A stretch of DNA of 63,609 nucleotides, the filler included, from Olpidium bornovanus S191 (taxonomy: Eukaryota; Fungi; Olpidiomycota): the NCBI GenBank assembly GCA_017911155.1. It is 26 parts of 26 records of this genome, joined end to end, with 100 filler letters (N's around TTAATTAATTAA, not from the genome) between each part and the next. Parts side by side here need not be neighbours in the genome. Positions count along the whole stretch, not along the records: positions 1 to 3,324 come from JAEFCI010006464.1; positions 3,425 to 6,950 come from JAEFCI010005883.1; positions 7,051 to 9,271 come from JAEFCI010009127.1; positions 9,372 to 11,785 come from JAEFCI010002561.1; 22 more parts are not named here. One strand, given 5' to 3'. The notes below the pieces were generated by a model that saw only the letters and a list, made by a program, of their open reading frames with translations, was not told where the DNA came from and did no database searches. The first letter of the stretch is position 1. Each line of letters starts with the position of its first letter. Of the stretch, positions 1-9,511 are shown in pieces. Made by a program: the position numbers and the translations under genes.

Positions 1-56
<56 letters not shown>

Positions 57-70
57 CCGCGGGAAAAAAG

Positions 71-110
<40 letters not shown>
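1..110. repeat. Poly-A runs at contig start
   Basis: Nearly pure A tracts. Similar homopolymer tracts occur at many contig ends and are probably partly assembly artefacts. Confidence 0.85.
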
Positions 111-114
<4 letters not shown>

Positions 115-679
115 TGACGGGTCGTGACGGGTACCCACACATATTTAATAATTAAAGTATTGTAGAGTACCCGCAGGATCACCGCAAATGCACCTCGATC
201 GTCGTTCTCTTGTCCCCTGCGGGTGCATTTCCCTTTTTTTTTTTTTTTTGGCGCCCGCAAAAGCCGGACGGCGTGCGAGACTTTCTTCCAGGCCTTGGGC
301 TGGGGTCTACAGGCCAACCTGTTTGATCAGACCACGGCCCTGACTCGGTCTGCCTTCGACCCAGCTTCACGTTTGTCGCAGCCTAGATGCGAAACAAGGG
401 AGGGAGATCTTGGAGAAACGCGCGCCCCGCAGAGTTGCAAATGCAGCTCCAAATCACGTAGTGACCACGGCGTGTCAGCTCCACTTTCCAGACACCCCGC
501 GCGCACGCACCTAACGTGTTGCGATAATTTTTAGATGTACACGTGACTCGGCAGAGACCGGAGTGAAAAAAAAAAAATACACGCAAGAATCAATTTTTAC
601 AAGGTGAGGAGAGAGGATTGCGGGGTAGGCGCGCAAAAAATCGGGCATCACAACCGAAAAAAAAAAAAATTCCGTCGAG

Positions 680-3293
680 TCATCTCGCACTCGGCCCGTC
701 CGGCGTGGCGGCGACCGGGTCGGGCGAAGCGGACGGAGAGACGCTCGCGGACGATCCTCTCGTCCGAGGGCCGCTGCGGTCGGTCGTCCCGGTCTCGTCC
801 AGCGTCGTGAGGTCCTCCGGCCGCACGCCGGTCGGCCTGCTTACCAACGCCGAATCCACCGAAACCCTCCTTTTCCGCAACAGGTTGCCGTGATGGCCCG
901 CGGAACCGGCGGTGTGGGGAGTCAGCAGGGACGCCGCGGACTTGCGCCACGAGTATCTCCGCGCCCTGCGCTGGACGTTCAAGTTGTCCGGGATCGAACC
1001 GGTGGTCGGAACCGACGACCGCCGCTCGTTGCCGGCCCTGGAGGGGCTCGTGCTGAATATGCGGGTTTCGCCGATGCCCACCACCGGGGCCGATTCGGCG
1101 TGCTCGCCGGGGGCCGCCAAGTATTCTCGGAACCCGCGCCTCTGTTCCCTCATTCCGCCACCCGAGGGGCTCCGGGTCACGTGCCGCCCGTCCCGCGGGG
1201 GTCTCTTCAACCGCTCGAAGAAATTTGGAGGGATGTGCACCGTCCCTGCGGCGACAGACACCCTCCGTCCCGGCGGTGAACGCGAATCCAGCGGGGTTTG
1301 GGCGTGCGTCTGCTCCGCGGCTGTCTTTGCTTTCGAGGCGCCGGCAGCAGCCGGAGACGCCGGGAAAGCGGGCGGAGGTGTGCGGCCCGGCGAATCCTGC
1401 GAGTGCCAGTGGGCCCGGTTCGACGCCAGCGCCTCCAAGAACAGGTTTCCCTCTGGCATAAAGTCAGCTAGCACGAGAAAGAACGGCCGGGCGAGGACGT
1501 CGCTGAACTGGAGGCTGACGTGCGTCTGGTCCGGATGGTCATGGTCCTCCCGCTGGTGCTTATTGGGAGACACCGATGGCGTCGGTCAGTTAAAGAGCAA
1601 CGCGCGATCTGGCCCTCGTTAACTTCACATGTGGGCAAGACGGACCGACAAAGGCAGATTGCTTTTCTTCTCCATTTCTTCTTGAAAGCGGAACTCCTCC
1701 ACGATGGCGTCCGACCATCGTTTGCACACGGGCCAAGGCCGGGCTATATTGCTGATGTCGGCCGCGTGTACGAGCACCTCGCTGAGGGTCTGACGTTGCT
1801 CGCGGGTTAGGGAGACGCGCGGCAGCCGTGTATGGGGATACAACTTCTCGGCGCTTAGGGACGCCTCGCGGGCCGCAGACGGCCAAGAGCCGTCGGGAGC
1901 GGCCTGGGGTTGTGGGAGTCCACGAGGGATGAGGTAACCGCTGTCGCCCAAGATGGAGATGGGAGGCGCGGGCGACAAGCCGTAACTATCCGAAGACTCC
2001 GTCACGCGAATCGGCGTAGTCGGGGAAAACGGCTCTCCAATTGCCAGAGGCGATAGCGCCGCCGAAGTGACATCGCTGGAAATCGGCGACGGCACCGAAA
2101 ACGGTGCGTGAAAGCCGTCGGCCGCCTTGCCGTCCATGTTCCCGCCCACGCTGTCCACTGCGCTGCCCCCAGGGTATTGGAGATCCTCCAGTGGTTGACT
2201 GGCCTTCGTGACCATCGTCAATGGTGGCGAAGGCCGCGGAGACGTTCGCGGCGTGCCGTGGGACGGCGTCGTCTCGTTCTCCGCCGGCCTGCCTCCGGTG
2301 TTCACGGACGGCCTGCTCCCCCTTGGGAGCAATGGCGACGACTTCGACGGAGATTCCGGGCTGGCGCCGCTCCGCCGGGACTCGTACTTGCCGCGGTCCG
2401 AGCGAATGGATTCGGTGACGTTCACAAACCTCTCCATCAGCTCGAAGTGGTACTGCATGTCGGTTGCGATTATCACGTCGTACACGACGCGCCGGACCTC
2501 CTCCGCGGCCGTCTCGTTCCGCAGCGCCGCCCACCGCGCGCTCTCCTTCGGGCCCGCGGCGGTTTCATTGGCGCCGGGCCGAACGCCAGCTCCGTCGAGT
2601 AAGTTGGCCAGCAGGTTGTGCTTTTCCATCAGCGTCATCGTCAGCGCGATGGAATTGCATTCCAGGATCGAATCGCTGAACACCCGGGCGAGCTGCGTTC
2701 CGGCGTTGACCTGATACAGATTGTTGAGCCCGGGCTGCCGGCCGCATCGAGCGCGATGGAGGAGGGTTTGGAGGGAGGGGGGTGCGGGGGGGTGGGTGGA
2801 GGAGGAAGTGGCGGTGGAATTTTTCCGTGGGCGTATCGCGGGAGTGTTGGGAGACTTCCCAAAAGTCAGGGAACCGCGGGGATGGCAGAAGCGACGGCGA
2901 AGTCGCCTTTTTGCCGTGTCAACCTTGCGGAGGTATACCGAGAGAGAAGGAACTCACGTGGCCAACGTCGTGGCAGAGCGACGCGATCGCAACCCCCGCG
3001 ATCTCGCACGCCTCCAGCAGCCGCCTGGCCTCCATGTGGTGAAGCATGTAGAACACCATGAAGAGCACATCAACTCCGTGGAGGAAGTTGTGATACGGGT
3101 TCGGAAGGTAGAAGCCCTCGACGTCGCAGACGAAGTCGAGCATCGCCGACGGCGACACGCCCAGGAAGTCCAGCGCCCCGAGCATCTTGAACATGCCGAG
3201 GATGAAGCCCCGCAGTTCCGATCGCGACCGGTTGAAAACGTCGAACGTGAGGCCCAGGCCCGGGGCGACGTTGTCGCCGAAGTCTAAGAAGGC
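680..3293 (-). CDS. Class I 3',5'-cyclic nucleotide phosphodiesterase, catalytic domain and C-terminal tail (5' partial, multi-exon)
   Basis: Motifs NPYHNFLHGVDV, ASLCHDVGH|PGLNN (intron 2735-2957), IIATDMQYHF, HAADISNIARPW, W..AIVEEF, RPFF. Exons approx. 2958-3293, ~1646-2734 and 680-~1570; the last junction is uncertain. Confidence 0.92.
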
Positions 3294-3324
3294 CTGTGTT
3301 TTTTTTTTCCAGGTTTCAAGGCAG

Positions 3325-3424
3325 NNNNNNNNNNNNNNNNNNNNNNNNNNNNNNNNNNNNNNNNNNNNTTAATTAATTAANNNNNNNNNNNNNNNNNNNN
3401 NNNNNNNNNNNNNNNNNNNNNNNN
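3325..3424. other. Artificial contig spacer (first of 25 identical 100-nt spacers)
   Basis: 44 N + TTAATTAATTAA (stops in all six frames) + 44 N. Other spacers start at 6951, 9272, 11786, 13385, 14616, 16727, 22117, 23642, 29053, 31022, 33067, 34589, 35774, 37879, 39568, 42192, 43655, 45524, 48139, 51574, 53832, 56551, 60197, 62312. Host genes truncated at spacers do not continue in the next contig. Confidence 0.98.
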
Positions 3425-3469
3425 CATGGGTGGGAGACCTCGCTTACAGATGCTGTCCGCACCACGCAG

Positions 3470-5079
3470 CTGCCGGTAATGTCAATGGACATATCCTCTG
3501 ACAACGCCCTTTTGGTCACCGCTTCGGCGGACAAGAACGTGAAGCTCTGGGGTCTGGATTTTGGCGACTGCCACAAGTCTCTTTTCGCCCACCAGGAGTC
3601 GGTGATGTCCGTCTCGTTCGTGTGGGGCACCCACTACTTCTTCACCGCGTCGAAGGACCGCTTCGTGAAGCACTGGGACGGCGACAAGTTTGAGTGCATC
3701 CAGAAGCTGCAAGGCCACCACGGCGAGGTGTGGGCGCTGGCCGTGGGCAAGCACGGGTCGGTCGTCGCGACGGGCAGCCACGACAGGTCGATCCGCGTGT
3801 GGGCCAAGACGGACGAGATGCTGTTCCTCGAGGAGGAGAAGGAGAAGGAGCTCGAGGAGCTACACGACAAAGAGGCCGCGCGGGAAGCGGAGGCGATGGC
3901 GCTGTCCTCCGCCGGGGGGGACGTTGACGTAAAGGAGGTCGCCGCAGCCGGGAAGCCCACGGGCGAAACGCTCAAGGCCGGCGAGCGGGTCGCCGAAGCG
4001 ATCGACGTCGCCGACGCGGAAAAGGCGCTGTGGGACGAGTACGCGAAGGTGGAGTACGAGGGGGGGAGAGGAGGAGGTCGTTTCGTTTTTCCCCAGTTTT
4101 CTTTTTTAGGCCCTATTCTTTTTGATTCCCTCCTTGGCCCCCACCCCACCCCCGCTAATACTCGTTTTGGTTCCTAACTTTTTTTTCTTTCTTTTTTGTC
4201 TCCACCACCATCCCCCTCCCCGCCGTAAACGACAAGGCCAAGAAGCGGAATTTCAATGCCGTACCCCCGGCCAAAAACCCGTTCTTGGCCGCTGCGGGCG
4301 CCGATGTCACGCCCGAGGAGGACGTGCTCAAGACGCTGGCGAAAATCCCGTCGACGAACTTGGAGGAGGCCCTCCTCGTTTTGCCTTTCACCAAGGTCAT
4401 CAGCCTGATGAGACACATGGAAATGTGGGCCAAGAAGGTTAGCGGAAGCGCGCGCGATGATGACAAAGGTTTCTTTTGCGGGATGTGCTTGAAACGGGGG
4501 GTCTTTGAGGGGGCCCGCGCAATATGAATTTCGGTTTTCACCGAATCCAACTCGACTCACTCGCTCGCTCTCTTCCTTTCACGCCCCCCAGGAATGGAAC
4601 CTGCAGTTGACCTGCCGAATCCTGTTCTTCCTGCTCAAGGTTCACCACAACCAGATCGTCGCCAACAGGGTCATGAGACCTGGTCTCGCAGCCATGCAGA
4701 CCCACCTTCGCTCGGGCTTGCAGAGACAGAAGGTTTGTGCCCCCTTCCCCCCCTTTCCCCAACATTTTTTTTTTCATCCTGGAAGCTCACGTATCCTAAG
4801 TATTCTTTTTTTTCACTAATTGGCTTTCGTGCATTTTTTTTGGGTACCCTCTCCCCCTCCTGCCCCCCCCGGGCGCCCTGGACGCGAAAACAGGACGTCA
4901 TCGGATTCAACTTGGCGGCCCTGCGGTTTATCCGCAGGGAGGTCGACGAGAGCACTACCGCGGAGTTTTTCGACGACAACGACGGCGCCGAGGCGGCGGC
5001 GGCGGGGGGGGCGGCCGCGAAGGGATACCAGCGCCCAGCAAATGCCAAACGGACGCGGAGCCAGGTCATAACGCGATGA
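3470..5079 (+). CDS. UTP12: U3 snoRNP WD40 protein Utp12/Dip2 (WDR3), C-terminal half (5' partial)
   Basis: LPVMSMDISSD, GLDFGDCHKSLFAHQESVMSV, KLQGHHGEVWALA, LKAGERVAEAI, LEEALLVLPF, LFFLLKVHHNQIVAN, DVIGFNLAAL, across four exons with GT-AG introns; stop at 5077-5079. Confidence 0.95.
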
Positions 5080-6740
5080 CGACCCCCCATCCCCGCCACC
5101 CCTCCCCGAAGTCTCCGTTAAACCTCTCCCCCCTTCCCACCCCCACCCCAGCTCTTCCCTCCCTCCCTCGCTCTTCCCTCCTCGTTGTGGGGGGGGAAGG
5201 GGCATAGAGCCGCGTTAACGAAGGGTGGGGGGCGGGGTTTTTGGGGAAGAAAATGGTAATCTCGAACATTCTGTATAAACATTTTTTTGAGTGTTGCAAA
5301 ACGCACGTGTCCGGGGAAGGGGAGGCCGGAGGCCGGGCGTATGATGGGAGGCGGGGGTGGCGGTGGAGCTGTGGCCCGGAAAACTGGCCCCGTTCCAAGA
5401 GGGAAGCCGAGCTGTTGGATCTACCAGAGCAGACGGGCCCGTTACACTTTCCCTCTTTCCGACATTTCGTCACCGCCGCGCCTCGGGGCCCTTGCTTCCC
5501 GCGCGCTCGATCTTTTTGTGCGTTCTCCGCGCGGCTCGGCTTCCCGCCCTCTTCCCCCACCAACCCCACCGCGGCCTCCAAACCGACAAAAGACGGCGCG
5601 TCGCAACCAACTATCAAAGCCCCGGGGACGACGCAGACACCGACGCGGAGCTCTGGAGCGAGACGGGCAGCACGAATTTAAGGGAGGCCCTGTCCCTGCA
5701 AGGCCTCCGCGGGAGGGAGCCCCCCGCCTTATCCGCCGTCTGGTTTCTGGTCTGATTTTTGGGGTGAGGACTTTTTTTCTCCTGACGGAAGCTCGAATGG
5801 AGGGAAGTAGTTCCTGCCGCTCGAATGCCCTTCGGTTTGGCCTGAACCCCCCTTCCCCCCCTCCCCCACTTTTTTTTTCTCAGGCACCTCCAACCACCCC
5901 ATTTCCCCTTTTTCCCGCGGCCGCCCCATCCCCGACGAAAAATGTGGGGTACACGGGGTGGGGTGCGCGTGCGCGCTGCGGCGTTCAGCGGGCACGGGGA
6001 ACAGGGGGGAAGTGCGGGGGGGGACCGCGCGGTCAGGCGGTGCGCGCGGCCGGGAGATGGGGGAGAGGCGAGGACAAGCCCGGCCCCCTTTCTCCCTTCC
6101 CCCCCTCCCTCCCTCCCCCCTCGCCCACGTGGAGGCGGAGGAGCGACGGAGGGGGCCCAGGGGGGAAGAAACTGAACGATGGTTCACCCTGCCCTTTGTC
6201 CCGCGTGGCGACTGGGGTGGGGGGTAGAGTTGGCGTTGTTGTTCTCGTTGTTTTGATGTTGTTACTGCCGGTGTTGTTTTTCCCCCTTCCCTCTCCCGCC
6301 TCATGACCCCTTCCCCGCGTGGGAGAAGAAGAACGGAAATAAAAACAAAAAACCCCCCTTGAAACGCGTCCCTGCCCCCAACCGCTTGGGTCCCACGTGG
6401 GACATCCCGACAACCGCTATTCTCTCTTAACTCTCTCTCTCTCTCCCTCTCTCGCCCTCCCTCTCTCCCTCGCCCCCCCGCGGTCGCTGCCGCGCGGCCC
6501 TGGGCCATTCGCCCCGCGCCCCTTTCCCCCCCCCCCTCCCCCACCGTCGTCTCCTGCCGCCCCGCCTACAAATTCCAACGGCTGCCGCCGACTCTCGCCT
6601 TCCTTCCTCTCCTCTTTCCCCACCCATCGTCCTCCTCCCTCTCTTCCCTCCCCCCTTCCCCTCGCGGCCCAGAAGCCCAGACGGTTTCCCGCTCTCCCTC
6701 CCAAAGCAATAACCAGAAAAACTAGAATATAACGAGAATA

Positions 6741-6950
6741 ATGAAGTTCGCCTCCGCTCTGCTCGTCGCCGCGGCCGCGGCCTGCGCCTCCGCCCACAAC
6801 TACAAGATCGACGTGCCGTACTCCGTGACGAAGTGGACCGCCGGCCAGACCGTCACCATCAAGCTCGGGATCAGCCCCGACGGCCCCGACGACGACCACG
6901 TCAAGTACGCCATCACGCTGTACAAGAAGAACGGCGACGAGAAGAACATG
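6741..6950 (+). CDS. Secreted protein with signal peptide; possible Kre9/Knh1-like (GPI-anchored family) Ig-like N-terminus (3' partial)
   Basis: MKFASALLVAAAAACASA is a classic signal peptide. It is followed by KWTAGQTVTIK, resembling the W..G.T..I pattern of Ser/Thr-rich cell-wall proteins. High GC3; A-rich start context. Confidence 0.7.
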
Positions 6951-7319
6951 NNNNNNNNNNNNNNNNNNNNNNNNNNNNNNNNNNNNNNNNNNNNTTAATT
7001 AATTAANNNNNNNNNNNNNNNNNNNNNNNNNNNNNNNNNNNNNNNNNNNNATTAATTAGCTCAGATGTTTTTTCTCTTTCCCCTCTTTCCTTTTTTTTTT
7101 TTTCCTTTTTCTTTTTCGTTTGCAACCCAAATCTGCATGCGGCCTTTGTTTTTTTGGTTTTTTTTTCCCCCGAGAGACAACCCGCACGCGAACGACGAAA
7201 AGGGGTTTTAGCTGCTCAAACTTTAAGTGCGTTTGATGACGGACCTCCTAACACCACACCCTTCCCCCCCCCCCCCCCCCCTTTTCCCCCCCTCCCCCCC
7301 CCCCTTTTTTTTTTTTTTG

Positions 7320-7365
<46 letters not shown>

Positions 7366-7432
7366 CCTGTGCGTGGTACAACGCCGCGCCCCCGCCCCGC
7401 CCCCCTTTTTTCTCTCCCGCCCCCGGTCATAG

Positions 7433-7468
<36 letters not shown>

Positions 7469-7736
7469 AACACAACAGCCCCCCCCCCACCCACCCGCGA
7501 GAGAAGGGAAGGACGCCAGGAGACACGAGGGAAGGAGGGAAGGAGGAGGAGAAACACCCGGAACCCGCGGGACGGAAAAGGAACGCCTCGCCTCGCCTCG
7601 CCCCCCCCCGCCCACGGAAACAGAGAGAGAAAAGAGACAACGCGCCCGTAAACAGCCTGGAGTAGGCGACAGAGCCTGCTGCTGCGCCCCGGGGCAACGG
7701 CGCCGGCGGCCGGCCCGCCCGCGAAAAAAAAAAATA

Positions 7737-9110
7737 ATGACGCCCGGCCCGCGCCGCTCCGGCGCCGCGGCCGCCGCCCCCGCTCCTGCCGAGGTCAGGA
7801 AGCTCGCCGTGCCCTGCAAGTTCTACCGCGAGGGCCGCTGCGCCGAGGGCCGCCGCTGCCGCTTCCGCCACGTGAAGCCGTCCTCGCCGTCCTCGCCGGC
7901 GTCGGCCGCGCCCGACGACGCCCCCGCCTGCAGGTTCTTCCCGCTGGGGACGTGCAGGTTCGGGGACCGGTGCGCCCTGGCGCACGTCCGCCCGCGCCGG
8001 GAGCGGGAGGGGGAGCAGGCCAGGAGGGACGACTTCGTCGTCATCACGCCGGACGGGAGGAGGATAACCATGTCGCCGCGAAACGCCGCCCCGGACCCCG
8101 CCGACGAGGCAGAGAAACGGCCTCCTCCCGCGCGCGGCGGCGAGACCGCCGGCGCCGGCGCCGCGGAAGCGGAAGAAAGCGGCGGCGGCGGCGGCGCGCG
8201 GGGGGCTGCCGCTTCGCGCGGCCTTCTGCCGCCGCCGCCGAAGAGCTTGGCGGACGGCCGCCGGGGAGAGGAGCCCGCAGGGCTTTCGGACCCTCCCGCC
8301 GCAGCCTTCGCCGGCCTGTCGATCGCCGGGCCCGCGGCCGGGTACCCGGAGGACACTTCCTCGTCCTTTGCCGCCGCGATCCCCGCCGGGTACAGGCGGC
8401 GCGCGTTTTGCCCGCTCCTTCCCCCGGGCGGCGGCGGCGACGCAGGCGTTCCGCCTGCTCCTATCCGGTCGCCTCCCGCCGCCTCCTCCTTTTCCTATTC
8501 CACCGTGGCTTCCCAGGGCATCGTCGAGCCGTCACACGGAGAATGCGCCTCCGCCGCCGCCTCCCCGGGCTCCCGGGCATTCAGGACGGAGCCGCCGCCG
8601 CCGCCGCCGCAAGAGGAAGAAGGGGAGGGCCCGGAGAACGAGAGACGGCAGGCGGCCCACGCGAGGGAGAACCTGGAGTGCAGCATTTGTCTCGAGAGCG
8701 TGCTGGAGAAGAGGCAGCGGTTCGGCTTGTTGGGTACGCAGCGCGGCGAGTTTTTTTCTTTTTTTTTTCAACCTTGGCCGTTCCCTCCCCCCCCCGCCCG
8801 CGGTTAACGCGCCCGTTTTGTTTTTTTTTTTCCCGTTCCCGGGGAAGAAATCCGCACGAAAGAGAACGCTCACCGCGGTTTTTTTTTGTCCTTTTTTTGT
8901 CGTTTTTTTTTTTCACAAAAAAAATAAAGACTGCGCGCATTGTTTCTGCCTTCCCTGCATCCGCGATTGGAGGTCCGGAGGTTCGGGAGCGCAGGTCAAG
9001 TCTTGCCCTCAGTGCCGGGTGCTGACGCATTTCGTCCTACCGTCCACCTCGTGGATCACGGACAAGCAGGAGAAAGAGAAACTGAGGGAGGCATACAAGC
9101 GCAACACGAG
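7737..9110 (+). CDS. MKRN: Makorin-like CCCH zinc finger / RING E3 ubiquitin ligase (3' partial)
   Basis: Two C-x7-C-x5-C-x3-H fingers (CKFYREGRCAEGRRCRFRH; CRFFPLGTCRFGDRCALAH). RING CSICLESVLEKRQRFGLL|DCAHCFCLPCIRDWR...SCPQCR, then FVLPSTSW...EK.KL.EAYK. Intron 8734-8929. Confidence 0.92.
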
Positions 9111-9214
9111 GCGAGTTGGTGTTCGGCAAATCTCACGGAAAAAAAAAAAAGAAACCTCACCGGCCGCCTCAACCCCCCCCCAAAACGCGCGCCGCGCGGG
9201 GCGCACCGCCCCCC

Positions 9215-9257
<43 letters not shown>

Positions 9258-9511
9258 GCCCCCCCCCGCCCNNNNNNNNNNNNNNNNNNNNNNNNNNNNN
9301 NNNNNNNNNNNNNNNTTAATTAATTAANNNNNNNNNNNNNNNNNNNNNNNNNNNNNNNNNNNNNNNNNNNNGGGCGGTGTGGGGGGGGGGGGGGGGGTTT
9401 TTCTCCCCCCCCCCCCCCCCCCCCCCCGCCAAACCCGAGAGAGCCTCTCGCCGTCGGGGTTGTGTGCGCCGTGGTTGGGCAGTAAACGACGTCAAAAAAA
9501 AAAAAAACCTG

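Noticed and set aside
3369-3380. Recurrent palindrome TTAATTAATTAA as a biological repeat or CRISPR-like array
   Set aside because: Always centred in exactly 44+44 N; it is a six-frame-stop linker added when contigs were concatenated.
7154-7560. Poly-Lys/Phe/Gly/Pro ORFs here and at 22217-22350, 26840-26920, 37700-37878, 44240-44430
   Set aside because: Translations of homopolymer tracts, many at contig ends and likely inflated by sequencing or assembly error.
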